64,000 nt of DNA from assembly GCA_034440535.1 (NCBI GenBank), contig JAWXCD010000004.1:2803-66802 (forward strand), written 5' to 3'. The position numbers and the translations under genes were made by a program. Shown in pieces: positions 31,374 to 41,985 of this stretch (the stretch's first letter is position 1; the number at the start of each line of letters is the position of its first letter). The notes under the pieces are model-generated. The model saw only the letters and a program-made list of their open reading frames with translations. It ran no database searches and was not told the DNA's origin. The DNA comes from Verrucomicrobiota bacterium (lineage in GTDB: Bacteria > Verrucomicrobiota > Verrucomicrobiia > JAWXBN01 > JAWXCD01).

Positions 31374-31850
31374 TTAGAACGGAATATCATCTTCTTCGAT
31401 AGGAACTTCATCTGGACCGGAGTCGTTTTGTGGAGCTGAGGCCGCTGGTTTTGAAGCAGGACGAGCGGGTTTTTCGGATCCGCCGCCGGTTCCCCCTGCT
31501 TCGCCGAATTCAGCGTTGCGCGGACGTCCAAGAAACTGAATACGATCTGCACGGACTTTTAAGCGGCTTTCTTTTTTGCCTTCTTTATTTGTCCAACTAT
31601 CGTATTTCAGTTCGCCTTCGACAAACGCCGGTGAACCTTTAGTCAGGTATTGACCTGCGGTTTCAGCCTGACGTCCCCACACCTCGATGGTCACGAAACA
31701 AACTTCTTCACGTTCTTCGCCCGTGTCTAATTTGTATTTGCGACTCACGGCGAGACCGATATCTGTTACTGCAGTTCCCTTAGGAGTGTAACGAATCTCG
31801 GGATCGCGAGTCAGATTCCCCATTAATATTACTTTATTAAAGCTTGCCAT
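31374..31850 (-). CDS. ssb: single-stranded DNA-binding protein
   Basis: 'MASFNKVILMGNLTRDPEIRYT' OB fold start, Gly-rich linker, acidic tail '...EEDDIPF'. Confidence 0.95.
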   Translation of the reverse strand: MASFNKVILMGNLTRDPEIRYTPKGTAVTDIGLAVSRKYKLDTGEEREEVCFVTIEVWGRQAETAGQYLTKGSPAFVEGELKYDSWTNKEGKKESRLKVRADRIQFLGRPRNAEFGEAGGTGGGSEKPARPASKPAASAPQNDSGPDEVPIEEDDIPF

Positions 31851-31873
31851 ACGGGAGCCCTCAATCTTTTGGG

Positions 31874-32203
31874 TTAAGTCGTGGCTGTAGGAGCGGGAGT
31901 TCTACTTTTACGGACCTGCAAAGGGCTGTTAGTCACCTGGATGCGGTACACGTCGACGTCGTCAAGGAAACGCGTCTGCAATTTATGCGCGAGCTCAGGT
32001 TCAGCTTCAAAAATGTAATTAACGTAAGTTCCGGAAGTTAATCCATTGGAGGCATAAGCAAATTGGCGCTTATCCAACTTTTGGACTGACGAGACTTTAA
32101 TACCCAGTTTCTGCATGTCACCCTTAACGCGGTCAATTTGATCCTGGATTCCTTCTTCCTTACCTTGCGTATTGATAATAATCAGCGCTTCGTATCTTTT
32201 CAT
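31874..32203 (-). CDS. rpsF: 30S ribosomal protein S6
   Basis: 'MKRYEALIIINTQ' typical S6 start (internal M of listed ORF 31874..32233; this start removes overlap with pth). Confidence 0.9.
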   Translation of the reverse strand: MKRYEALIIINTQGKEEGIQDQIDRVKGDMQKLGIKVSSVQKLDKRQFAYASNGLTSGTYVNYIFEAEPELAHKLQTRFLDDVDVYRIQVTNSPLQVRKSRTPAPTATT

Positions 32204-32213
32204 ATATATTTTA

Positions 32214-32813
32214 TTATTTACTGTTGAATTCATTCATTGCTCTTTCGAGCCCGGCGGTTACCCACCGTTTGGCCGCACTTACAGCCTTTGGAACTATTTC
32301 TTTCTGCAACGCCTGTCGCTCATCTGGGGTAAACCTTCCGAGGACATGTCCCACCAGGCACTCACCCGGCGCGTCTTTTCTGCCTACGCCTATGCGCAGT
32401 CTTGAGTAACTCTCTCCAAAATGGTCAATCACGGATTTTAAACCGTTATGACCTCCGCTGCTGCCGTTTCCCCGCAGCCGCAGACGTCCGAAATCTAGAG
32501 CTACATCGTCCACTATGATGAGGCATTGTGTAGTGGGAATTTTAAAAAAACTCGCCACAGCTCCAACGGCCTCTCCACTCAAGTTCATAAAAGTGTTGGG
32601 TTTAATTACCATCACTTTTTGTCCCTCGATATTTACTTCGGCTAGTTCACATTTGAACACTTTTTCCTCGCGGAAAGAGCGATCTGACTCACGAACCAAC
32701 TCATCTACTACAATAAACCCGATGTTATGGCGGGTTGACTGATAATTTTTTCCAGGGTTGCCGAGGCCCGCCACCAAAAACCGGTTGGCTTCAGTTGACA
32801 CAAGCTCCGACAT
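32214..32813 (-). CDS. pth: peptidyl-tRNA hydrolase
   Basis: 'LVAGLGNPGKNYQSTRHNIGFIVVDEL' Pth signature. Confidence 0.95.
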   Translation of the reverse strand: MSELVSTEANRFLVAGLGNPGKNYQSTRHNIGFIVVDELVRESDRSFREEKVFKCELAEVNIEGQKVMVIKPNTFMNLSGEAVGAVASFFKIPTTQCLIIVDDVALDFGRLRLRGNGSSGGHNGLKSVIDHFGESYSRLRIGVGRKDAPGECLVGHVLGRFTPDERQALQKEIVPKAVSAAKRWVTAGLERAMNEFNSK

Positions 32814-32840
32814 AATGTCCGGATCTCCGTTACCGGGAGA

Positions 32841-33554
32841 TTATTTCTTAGCGTCCTTGCCAGCGTCTTTTTTGGCATCAGGTTTAGCTGCTGCTGCAGG
32901 AGCGGCACCGTCAGCTGCCTTCTTCTCGTTAATAACTTCCAGCTCGCCTGTGGCGGCATCAGCACCGGTCTTCTCTTCTTCGACACGTGGCATTACGCAA
33001 GCAAATACGGATAAGTCTTTCATGCTCGTGACGGTTACACCTTCAGGAACGGCGATCTCATGCACGTGAATTGATTGTCCAGCTTCGAGCTTGGACACAT
33101 CCACGCGAATAGATTCAGGAAGATCTTTTGGTAAACATTCAATGTGCAGAGAGCGAAGCACTTGTTCGAGCAATGCGCCTTGGCTTTTGACGCCAGCGGG
33201 TTCGCCCATGGGTTCGACAGAAACTTCAACGCGGAGTTTTTCATCCTGAGCGATCTCATGCAAGTCGAGATGTAACACTTTGCCGCTCATGACATCGTGT
33301 TGTACGTCTTGAATAAGGGCAAAACGGCTTTCTGTCTTACCGTCATTTTCGAGCTTTAGATCGACCAACACGTTTTCGCTGGTTAAATTCTTTAAAGCTG
33401 TGGTGAGTTCACGGGCGTCCAAGGCGATACTCACCGGTTGGGTCTTTTTTCCGTAAACAATTCCGGGAACGCGTCCTGCGTTGCGGATTTTTTTAGTTGC
33501 TGTGCGTCCGCTGCTGGGTCGTAGTGCGGCTTTAAGGCTGATTTGTTTGGCCAT
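32841..33554 (-). CDS. rplY: 50S ribosomal protein L25 / general stress protein Ctc
   Basis: 'RPSSGRTATKKIRNAGRVPGIVYGKK' L25 N-domain plus Ctc-type C-terminal extension. Confidence 0.9.
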   Translation of the reverse strand: MAKQISLKAALRPSSGRTATKKIRNAGRVPGIVYGKKTQPVSIALDARELTTALKNLTSENVLVDLKLENDGKTESRFALIQDVQHDVMSGKVLHLDLHEIAQDEKLRVEVSVEPMGEPAGVKSQGALLEQVLRSLHIECLPKDLPESIRVDVSKLEAGQSIHVHEIAVPEGVTVTSMKDLSVFACVMPRVEEEKTGADAATGELEVINEKKAADGAAPAAAAKPDAKKDAGKDAKK

Positions 33555-33584
33555 GATGTTCTCCGTTTCGTCTTCAGTTCTTGA

Positions 33585-34538
33585 TTATTTTTGTAAAATG
33601 AAAAGATTATTAACCGACTCGTTTCGATGAATGCGCAGAATAGCTTCTCCAAGCAAGTCCGCAACACTCAAAACCGTCAGGTTCACTCCCTTTGTGTCAA
33701 CCTTGTGCGGAACGGTATCAGTCGTGATCAATTCTTCAATCGCCGAGGCTTTTAACCGGTCCACACTTAGTTTATTTAATATCGCATGCGACACCACCGC
33801 GATAATCTTTTTTGCGCCAAGCTTTTTAAGGCTCGCAGCAGCAGAACATAACGTACCTGCTGTCTCAGTCAAATCGTCCACCATGACTACATCCTTGTCT
33901 TTGACGTCCCCGACAACGTACAACGCCTCAGTTTCAGTCGCGCTTTTACGGTTTTTGGCTACAATCGCCAAGTCCGCCCCAAGCAGGTTCGCATAGGCAT
34001 GGGCCATTTTCATCCCACCCACATCCGGCGATACCACGACAAGGTTCTTAATCGCTTTTTTCTTTAAATAACTATAAAACACAGGAGCCGCATACAAGTG
34101 ATCTACTGGGATATCAAAAAACCCCTGTATTTGCTGTGCATGCAAATCCATTGCGATCACTCGGTCCGCTCCCGCTTTTACCACCAAATTCGCAACCAAT
34201 TTCGCCGTAATCGGCACGCGCGGTTGATCTTTTCGATCTTGCCGAGCATACCCATAAAAAGGAATGACAGCCGTTATCCGCGTGGCACTCGCTCGGCGCG
34301 CGGCATCGATCATGATGAACAGCTCCATCAAATGATGATTCGTCGGCGGACAGGTGCTCTGAATAATGAAAACGTCGCGTCCACGAATGTTTTCATTAAT
34401 CTTAACAAACGTTTCCCCATCCGGAAACGACGTAACCGTCGCATCCCCAAGTTTGATTCCCACGTATTTTGAAATACGGGTAGCCAATTCCGTGTTAGAG
34501 GAACCACTAAAAATTTTTAACTCTGCCAAGCTTTTCAT
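33585..34538 (-). CDS. prs: ribose-phosphate pyrophosphokinase
   Basis: 'KIFSGSSNTELA', 'DLHAQQIQGFFDIPVDHL', 'VVSPDVGG', 'VDDLTETAGT' PRPP synthetase motifs. Confidence 0.97.
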   Translation of the reverse strand: MKSLAELKIFSGSSNTELATRISKYVGIKLGDATVTSFPDGETFVKINENIRGRDVFIIQSTCPPTNHHLMELFIMIDAARRASATRITAVIPFYGYARQDRKDQPRVPITAKLVANLVVKAGADRVIAMDLHAQQIQGFFDIPVDHLYAAPVFYSYLKKKAIKNLVVVSPDVGGMKMAHAYANLLGADLAIVAKNRKSATETEALYVVGDVKDKDVVMVDDLTETAGTLCSAAASLKKLGAKKIIAVVSHAILNKLSVDRLKASAIEELITTDTVPHKVDTKGVNLTVLSVADLLGEAILRIHRNESVNNLFILQK

Positions 34539-35162
34539 CTGGACGCTCCAAGGGAACGTTGAAGCTAGGGAAAGAAAACACTACCTGCAACTAGAAAATT
34601 AAAGTTTTTAGTGGAAAAAGTCGCACCTGAGTCGGGTTATTAAGGTGAATTTAGTAAATCTGGCTTAGGCGAGGGCTCAACGGGTAGGCTATAGGTTAGA
34701 GAATCGAGCGGACGTAGGAGTCTTTTTTCCTGAATATGCCTTAGGCGATCAAGAGCGAATGACGAACGCCCGCTTGGCGCTCGTATGTCGATCGAGTATA
34801 AAGTACCCTCAGACTGGGGCTTTGGTCCCTTCATGCAGAGATGCAAACATAAACTTTGGGGTTAGAATAGGGAAATTCCCCTATATTTATTCCTCACCGC
34901 GCAGTTGATGGCAATTTGCACGACCTTTGTCGACTCACTGGGATCGTCCCCGTAGTGAAGACCTGCAATCCAAATTCCAAGGATTTCGAGAGGTACCTAA
35001 ATATCTCTCTAGTAGCTAAAGTCGGGCTATGTTTTTGGGGCGCACCCCCTTTGAGGGGTGGGCTCCTCGCAAGTTCTCGAGACGATTCCCAAAGGGATTC
35101 CGGCCTACTGCGGGAAAGATCGAAAAAAATCCGTCATACCCCTGCCAATGTCTAAGGGGGTG

Positions 35163-35171
35163 TGATATAAT
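35163..35171 (+). promoter_or_regulatory. extended -10 element (TGaTATAAT) upstream of sbcD
   Basis: TGATATAAT 12 nt before the ATG at 35183; implies very short leader. Confidence 0.25.
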
Positions 35172-35182
35172 AGGGCACTCAT

Positions 35183-36334
35183 ATGATTCGGTTTCTACAC
35201 ACATCCGATTGGCAATTAGGGGCAGGTTTCGGGCAGGTTCCCGGGGACCAAGGGGCGCGGCTGCGCCGACAACGAATTGAAACGATTGCCACGATCGCGG
35301 AGATCGCAGAGAAGCAGAAAGTTGATTTTGTCCTATTGGCGGGGGATCTTTTTGATGATCATTCGGTCAGCAAGGAAGTGATTGCGCACTCGTGTCAGGC
35401 GATGGCGCGGATAACCTGTCCGGTTTACATTATACCGGGTAACCACGACTACGCAGGGAGCGAGCATAGCGTTTATCGCGGGAAAAAATGGCTGGAATCA
35501 AAGCCGCCTCACGTGCACGTGTACGAAACCACCGACCCCGTCATGATAGCCGACGGACAGGTTGTCCTTTATCCTTGTCCGCTTCGTCAACGCCGGGTTT
35601 TGATCGACCCCACCTATCATCTCCCTGAGACATTGGTAGATCCAGCGATTTGCGTTGTGGGACCTATTCGGATCGCACTGGCGCATGGGTCAGTGATTGG
35701 TTTTGGCTCTGAGGACGAAGGAACTTCGCCTAACCTGATCAATCGGGACGTCGTTTTAAAGGCCAACCTAGATTACCTTGCGTTAGGGGACTGGCATGGA
35801 ACATTGCAAGTGGGTGAAAAAGTCTGGTACAGCGGAACGCCCGAAACAGACAGATTTAAAGAGAATGACTCAGGCAATGTACTGCTTGTTGCAATTGAAA
35901 AACATGGCGCAACGCCCGTTGTAGAAAAGGTGCGCACCTCTGGCCTCAAATGGTTATTCCATTCTGTCTCCTTACGAACCCCTGAAGATGTGACAGCTCT
36001 GGGGTTATGGTTCTCGGGGTTGGACAAACCAGATCGCACGCTGATTAAACTCAAAGTGAATGGTGTCCTTAATCTTTTCGAATCAAAACGCACAAACGAA
36101 TGTGTCGAAAGGATGCGCGATACTCTTGTGCATCTGCGCGATACGGTCGAACTGTTTCTGGAACCCACACTCGAGGAATTACAGTCCATTGCGGACGGAG
36201 GGTTCATGAAAGTTGCCGTGGATAAGCTTTGTGAAAAAATGGCGGGGGGCGGCACGGACGGTGAAACGGCGCGTATGGCCTTGAATTTGTTATACCATTA
36301 TAATGAGGAATCGTCAGTGAAGGTGGTCAAATGA
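35183..36334 (+). CDS. sbcD: DNA repair exonuclease SbcD/Mre11 family (YhaO-like metallophosphoesterase)
   Basis: 'FLHTSDWQLG', 'LLAGDLFDD', 'IIPGNHD', 'GDWH' calcineurin-like phosphoesterase motifs. Confidence 0.85.
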   Translation: MIRFLHTSDWQLGAGFGQVPGDQGARLRRQRIETIATIAEIAEKQKVDFVLLAGDLFDDHSVSKEVIAHSCQAMARITCPVYIIPGNHDYAGSEHSVYRGKKWLESKPPHVHVYETTDPVMIADGQVVLYPCPLRQRRVLIDPTYHLPETLVDPAICVVGPIRIALAHGSVIGFGSEDEGTSPNLINRDVVLKANLDYLALGDWHGTLQVGEKVWYSGTPETDRFKENDSGNVLLVAIEKHGATPVVEKVRTSGLKWLFHSVSLRTPEDVTALGLWFSGLDKPDRTLIKLKVNGVLNLFESKRTNECVERMRDTLVHLRDTVELFLEPTLEELQSIADGGFMKVAVDKLCEKMAGGGTDGETARMALNLLYHYNEESSVKVVK

Positions 36335-39057
36335 GACTCATTTATGCTTCGGTCAAAAACTACCGTATTCATCAAGGGGACACGCCTGTCACCGTGACCT
36401 TTCAGCCAAATCTCACGTTAATTACTGGAGAAAACGAGACAGGAAAATCGAGTTTTATTCAGGCGATTCACGATTGTTTATTTGTCAAAGCCCGAGGCGA
36501 ATCAGCGATACATAGGCTAATGTGTTGTTCAACGGATATACGGCCAGAAGTAAAAGTGGTGTTTGAATCTAGCGGTGTCGAATACACCGTTTCCAAACAT
36601 TTTCGCGGAGCTAACGGCACCTGCGAATTAAAGAAGGATATCCTTGGGCAATCACCACAAATTTTTTCTGGGAACGATGCTGAAGCTGAGTTGCTTCGGG
36701 CCTTGGGGCTTGATTCTCGAGGATCAGAGCCGACACCTGCCCATTGGCAGCTCTGCTGGGTGCATCAGGGCGTCAGCGGTTTAAACCCCGCAAAACAGAT
36801 TAATGCTGAGGCACGGAATACACTGGATTCGATATTAAAGGAGCAAACAGGGCGCGTCATTTCAACGGGACATGAGCAGATTGTCCTGCGGTGTGTTTTG
36901 GAAAACTTTACGGAGCTGATGACTGAAGATGGCAAGCCGCGAGTGCCGTCAGCCTTAGGTCAGGCGCTGAAATCTTTTGGGGAAGCAGAAAAAATGCTTG
37001 CCGGGATTTTGGATAAATCAAACAGGATGCAGCTCGATCTCACGGACCTTGAGACTTTAAATCGTACGGTCAAGGAGTGTGAAAGTTCCTTTCCAGAAAA
37101 AGAAAAGGCGGTTTTTGAGAATCAGTTAAAACTTCAAACCGCACGCGAGCTTGAGGCAGAGTTGAAGGAATTGGAATCGGCCGTTAAGTTACGTGATTAT
37201 GAAAACAACACTCTGGAGGAAAAATATAAGAGGGGACTGACTCTTCAGTCGGAAATGGAATCCCAGACATTAGGATTAAAAAAGATTTCTGCTGATAGTA
37301 TCGCGGCCCAACAGGAATATGAAACTTGGATAAATAGGGCGTCTGAAAAAGAAGCTGAAACCCAAAAGTGCAGGGAGCGGGAAGCGGCGCTTTACCAAGA
37401 AGTTCAATTTTTGAAACAACGCCAAGAATTGAGCCAGGTTTCCGTTCAGGTGCAAAGTTTACGGGGGACGCTACAAAATGTGACATCCGAAAATGACGCC
37501 CTCAAAAAAGCACAGGCCGAATGTGGTGAGATAAAAATTACGGCGAAAGCGTTCGAAAAAATCAAAGATTTAAAAGCTGAAGTTGAACGGGTGAGCATGA
37601 GCATCCAGGTCTCAGCCGTGAGGGTCAAAGTGACCACCAAATTAAAAACCACGGTCATGATGGGTCGGGTGCCCGCCGATGCATCAAAGGCTCCCGAATA
37701 TGTTCTGACCCAACCTGCGACAATTCATATCGGGGATGATCAGGCTGTGATAGAAGTCATACCAGGGGCAGGCGAGTTGTCCCGGCTTAAGCAAGAGCTG
37801 ACCGAAAAGGAAAATGAATTGCGGATGGCTTTGGGTAAAGCGGGCGAAGTTACTTTTGAGAGCGCCATGGTTAATGATGCGAGGAAGAGGGACCTGGAGG
37901 GTGAAATAAGGCAGTTGCAATTTAAAGTGGGCCTTTTAGCGCCCGAAGGCGTGGACGCGTGTCGTTCTGCTTATGAGGTTGCGCACACAAAGGAAGCTCA
38001 ATTAATCCGAGCTTTAGAAAATTTTGCTCCTTCCACAGTGGGGGCTGAAGTCAGCATCGAGCAGCTGGAAGAGCAATTGAGTGTGGCACGGCAGGCTGCT
38101 GAATGTGCGAGGAACGAACACACTACGGCCACGGCGTCATGCCAAGTTCAACAAAATCTTTTAAGCTCATTTCGCCAAAGTATTCAGGAACGAAAACAAC
38201 GATTGGCTGCGAATGAGGCTCAATGGGCATTAGTCAAAGTCGGTATTAAAGATTGGAACAAAGTCTCAGAAATATTGGAGGATCGGAAACGGGTCGCATT
38301 ACTGCTTAGGAACGATTTCAACGCTAAAAAAAGGGAGTCCGAAGGTTTAGACTGTGCGTCGCTGGAAAAAATATGCGCAGTGTCTAGGACAACTCTAGAA
38401 GGTTTGAAAGCTGACAAGGAGTCAAAGTCACGCGATCGAAGTGAACTTGTGGGGCGATTATCCACTTACGAAGGCACCGGGTTGAATGAAGAGGTCGGCG
38501 ACGCAGGTGCGAAAGTCGAACATTTGCGGAGCCAGGTTGCCCGTGAGAAAAAACATACGGACGCCTTGTGCCTCCTTAAAAACACATTGGTAGATGCTCA
38601 AAGGGAATCCGCCCAGTCTCTTTTAGCCCCTTTACGTGAAACCATAAAACCCTTGTTAGAAATTTTGTTTCCCAAAGCAGACATGCATTTCGAAATCGGT
38701 GAGAAAGGGGGCATCAGTCTCCAGCCTTTAACGCGTTCAGGGCGAGTGGACGATTTTTCAACCTTGAGCGGAGGCACAGCAGAACAGGTGGGTGTCGTTG
38801 TCAGGCTGGGAATAGCACAAGTACTTGCGACCCGATACGGTGGGACCTTGCCCGTTATTCTGGATGACGCCCTTGTCAGCTCTGACTCCGGACGTCACAA
38901 GCAAATGATGGCCGTTCTGCGTCAGGCCTCGCATAAATTGCAGCTCATTATTCTGACTTGCGGGCATCAGGACTATCACTGTCTTGGCGTTCCCGAAGAC
39001 CACGTGTTACACTTAAAACGACCTCTGCCGAAGAAATTACGCGCTATTATAAATTAA
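36331..39057 (+). CDS. sbcC: SbcC/Rad50-like SMC ATPase (YhaN-like)
   Basis: N-terminal Walker A 'LITGENETGKSS', ~600-aa coiled coil, C-terminal signature 'LSGGTAEQVGVVVRLGIAQVL' and Walker B 'PVILDDALVSSD'; start overlaps sbcD stop (ATGA). Confidence 0.85.
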   Translation: MRLIYASVKNYRIHQGDTPVTVTFQPNLTLITGENETGKSSFIQAIHDCLFVKARGESAIHRLMCCSTDIRPEVKVVFESSGVEYTVSKHFRGANGTCELKKDILGQSPQIFSGNDAEAELLRALGLDSRGSEPTPAHWQLCWVHQGVSGLNPAKQINAEARNTLDSILKEQTGRVISTGHEQIVLRCVLENFTELMTEDGKPRVPSALGQALKSFGEAEKMLAGILDKSNRMQLDLTDLETLNRTVKECESSFPEKEKAVFENQLKLQTARELEAELKELESAVKLRDYENNTLEEKYKRGLTLQSEMESQTLGLKKISADSIAAQQEYETWINRASEKEAETQKCREREAALYQEVQFLKQRQELSQVSVQVQSLRGTLQNVTSENDALKKAQAECGEIKITAKAFEKIKDLKAEVERVSMSIQVSAVRVKVTTKLKTTVMMGRVPADASKAPEYVLTQPATIHIGDDQAVIEVIPGAGELSRLKQELTEKENELRMALGKAGEVTFESAMVNDARKRDLEGEIRQLQFKVGLLAPEGVDACRSAYEVAHTKEAQLIRALENFAPSTVGAEVSIEQLEEQLSVARQAAECARNEHTTATASCQVQQNLLSSFRQSIQERKQRLAANEAQWALVKVGIKDWNKVSEILEDRKRVALLLRNDFNAKKRESEGLDCASLEKICAVSRTTLEGLKADKESKSRDRSELVGRLSTYEGTGLNEEVGDAGAKVEHLRSQVAREKKHTDALCLLKNTLVDAQRESAQSLLAPLRETIKPLLEILFPKADMHFEIGEKGGISLQPLTRSGRVDDFSTLSGGTAEQVGVVVRLGIAQVLATRYGGTLPVILDDALVSSDSGRHKQMMAVLRQASHKLQLIILTCGHQDYHCLGVPEDHVLHLKRPLPKKLRAIIN

Positions 39058-39094
39058 CATGGGGGATTTTAGACACGCATACGTAAATTAAGAT

Positions 39095-39412
39095 ATGAGC
39101 TCATTTGATGATTCGATTCGCCACGCATGTCAGAACTCTGCGCCCCCTGTTCCGAATGTTTCGCAAGACGTGATACGTCATATCCGGGAATCTGAATTTG
39201 ACCTGACCCAGCAACGGAAAAAAACTGAGATATTCGTTTACGGGTTAATGCGCCCCACCCTCCTCACAAGCGCCCTTGCGTTGTGTCTCTTGGCTGGACT
39301 CATCGGAGGAGCTCTCTTCAAACATCGCGACGAAAAGGTATTCCTAGCCCGGAATTCCCTTCACGTGGATGTCTTCACCCCGTCCCCTCCGTTGTTTGGC
39401 TCTAATCGTTAA
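39095..39412 (+). CDS. hypothetical small membrane protein
   Basis: ORF with one predicted TM ('LLTSALALCLLAGLIGGALF'); no homology signal. Confidence 0.25.
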   Translation: MSSFDDSIRHACQNSAPPVPNVSQDVIRHIRESEFDLTQQRKKTEIFVYGLMRPTLLTSALALCLLAGLIGGALFKHRDEKVFLARNSLHVDVFTPSPPLFGSNR

Positions 39413-39711
39413 AAATTCAGGTCATACAATTTCGAGAAGCGCAGAAAAAGCTTATAAATGGCGAATAATTTGTCTGTCCCCGTTGAACGCAATCAGTTTG
39501 ATCTAAGAGAAGTTGCTGTCGGTTTTGTTCATCCGATTCATAACCTTGTAGCTGTCATGATCATCAATGGCACGTGCGGCGAGATGAAACACCACAAGCG
39601 TATCCGTGATCTCTGTAGCGCTATTTACGAGGATTTGTAGCTGGTGAAAAAGTACGCGGGGCGCACTTAACCGGGCAATCCCGAAGTCGTTCGGGCATAT
39701 TCCCAAAAAAA

Positions 39712-41985
39712 CTATATTTCCAATTTACCTCTTACCCACTGGGAGAAAATGTCAAATTGCGAGGGAGTGCATAAAATGAGAAGGGCATCGTAGGCAATAA
39801 GATGTTCCGTGTTCAAAGGATTAAGAATTGTTTTCCCCTCACGATGGATGCCGAGAACTTGCACGCCGGTTTTCTTCTGAATGCCCAGCTGAGCTAAAGA
39901 CCTACTAATTAAAGGGGAATAATCCGGAAGTGAAATGGTTTCCAGGGCGGTATCAGACAGTTTCCACTGATGATTATGTGCCTTGGATCTGGAAAGGAAT
40001 TCTAACGCTTTTCTTAAGTACTCTTCATCCCCAAAAAGCAAAACTTTGTCTTCAGGAAATAACATTTCTTCAGGATTAGGATTAGAAATTACAACCCCGT
40101 TTCTTTCTATCTCGATAATTGAACATGAAAACCGATTCCTTAAATCAAGGTCAACTAGTGTTTGACCTACTGCCTGAGCATCTTCTGAGACTGTAAATTC
40201 GCTAAGCTCGACATTCCAATCCATCTGCAGCGAATTTTTAAAGGAACCGGGCATTTGGTTCTCTTCCAAAGCTTGGTTGAAGCTGATTTGAAGCTTACTG
40301 TGCCATCGGATCAACTTGGTCCAAAAGATACCGATGAAAAGGCCAAGTCCAACGAGCATAAAAGTCAGCGTTGTAAGACTGAGCGATTCAAATGGGAGAA
40401 AGACCACCATCCAGAGAAACAGGCAGATGACTGCAAGTATGTGGATGAGCCTGAGCCACATAGCTTGTGTTTGTGATATGGCATCGGAGCCGGCGGTTAG
40501 TCCATCTAAAATTATAAGGATTAAAGCCTCAAAATTCCTCCAAACCGCAACCAATACGAGAGCCACGATCACAAAAACGAACGACCAATAGAAGGCCATC
40601 CACACTGGGAAATCCCATCCCGCTTGGATAAGCAGTGAGTCGATTAATTCCTTTAGTAATCCTGAATAACTGAGCACCCCCGCGATAAGGAATAGTTCTA
40701 TTAAAGCATGCCCCAAACGATTTCGTGCGAGGTTTAAAAAGGCCTTTTGTTGTGTCGTTCTTGAAATTTCTTCGGTAAACCGGCCGTAACTATCAATGAG
40801 TTTAAAAATAATCTTGGGGGCGTGGCTGTCAATTTTTCCGGATATGCCGTCCGAAAAGCGAGCCAGAATGGGAACAATGGCGGCAGTGATTACTGAAACT
40901 CCAACGGCAATAGAGAATAAGCGAGTAGGCATGCCAGCTTCTAGGCCCATTTGGGCAATCACGTATGAAAACTCGCCAATGGGAATTAAAAGCATGGCAG
41001 TACATACGGCTGAACGAAAAGTCGAGCCTCCCAAGATTGATCCCAGAGTGGCTCCTACCATTCTTGCTCCAATAGTGAGAACGGATACAGCGAGGATCCA
41101 CTGCCAATCACGCATGAGGGAATGAATGTCGATCATCATTCCTATAGCCACAAAGAATACGGCGCTAAAGATGTCCTGAGTCCCCATGAGCGCCTTTTCA
41201 ACTTTTTCGCGGAAAGGAGTTTCAGCGACGATCATTCCGAAAAGGAATGCCCCCAGCGCTGGTGAAAAATTAGCTTTATAGGTGGCATATGCGGTAAGAA
41301 AAACGAGTCCCGCGACGAGTATGGTTTTTACGTCTAAATTTCCGGACTTTGAGAAGTGTTTGAGCAATGGAGGAATTACGGATAGGCCTATGACGACCAT
41401 GAGAATTACCAAGCCAGCCAAAAGAAGGAGGGTTTTGAACGGATTGGCATTGGAAGCTCCACTCACCGCATGACCAGAAAGAATCGTCAACATGACAACG
41501 GCTACGATGTCCTCCATGACAACCATGCCTAAGGCCCTTTGAGCAAATCGTTCGTGGGTTAATCTGGCTTCGGCCATAACTTTGGTGATAATCGCCGAAC
41601 TAGAGATCATGAGCATGCCTGCGAGAAATAGGCCTTCATTAGCTGACCATCCCATGGCGTGCGCAAAGAATCGGCTGGCAAAAAATACAACAATAGAAGT
41701 GGTCGCTGTGGCCAGGACAACGGCCAAACCAAGTTTGCGGAGTTTGGCGAGACTCAAATGAAGCCCTACAAAAAACATCACTAGAACCAAGCCTAGGTGC
41801 GAGAAGGTATGAACGCGGTGTTCGTCGATCAATTCGACAATTGGGGAGTGGGGGCCAATGATTAAACCAGCGGCGAGGAACCCTACAATTGATGACAACT
41901 TAAGGGATCGAAAAAAGAGACCGAACACCCCTGCGAAAACAAGCAGAATGGCTAGGTCCTTTAAGAATAAAATACCTTCATCCAC
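39712..41985 (-). CDS. monovalent cation:proton antiporter (CPA2/Kef-type) with C-terminal RCK_C (TrkA-C) domains
   Basis: 12-13 TM Na+/H+ exchanger core, C-terminal 'VSEDAQAVGQTLVDLDLRNRFSCSIIEIERNGVVISNP' TrkA-C-like repeats. Confidence 0.85.
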   Translation of the reverse strand: MDEGILFLKDLAILLVFAGVFGLFFRSLKLSSIVGFLAAGLIIGPHSPIVELIDEHRVHTFSHLGLVLVMFFVGLHLSLAKLRKLGLAVVLATATTSIVVFFASRFFAHAMGWSANEGLFLAGMLMISSSAIITKVMAEARLTHERFAQRALGMVVMEDIVAVVMLTILSGHAVSGASNANPFKTLLLLAGLVILMVVIGLSVIPPLLKHFSKSGNLDVKTILVAGLVFLTAYATYKANFSPALGAFLFGMIVAETPFREKVEKALMGTQDIFSAVFFVAIGMMIDIHSLMRDWQWILAVSVLTIGARMVGATLGSILGGSTFRSAVCTAMLLIPIGEFSYVIAQMGLEAGMPTRLFSIAVGVSVITAAIVPILARFSDGISGKIDSHAPKIIFKLIDSYGRFTEEISRTTQQKAFLNLARNRLGHALIELFLIAGVLSYSGLLKELIDSLLIQAGWDFPVWMAFYWSFVFVIVALVLVAVWRNFEALILIILDGLTAGSDAISQTQAMWLRLIHILAVICLFLWMVVFLPFESLSLTTLTFMLVGLGLFIGIFWTKLIRWHSKLQISFNQALEENQMPGSFKNSLQMDWNVELSEFTVSEDAQAVGQTLVDLDLRNRFSCSIIEIERNGVVISNPNPEEMLFPEDKVLLFGDEEYLRKALEFLSRSKAHNHQWKLSDTALETISLPDYSPLISRSLAQLGIQKKTGVQVLGIHREGKTILNPLNTEHLIAYDALLILCTPSQFDIFSQWVRGKLEI

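Noticed and set aside
34539-35182. tmRNA / RNase P RNA / SRP RNA in the prs-sbcD gap
   Set aside because: I looked for the conserved tmRNA 3' tRNA-like end, the RNase P P4 motifs and the SRP GGAAGCAGCCAAGGCAG motif, and found none.
35183-39057. Novel SMC-nuclease defence system
   Set aside because: The architecture and motifs match canonical SbcCD/YhaON repair nucleases in a housekeeping neighbourhood.
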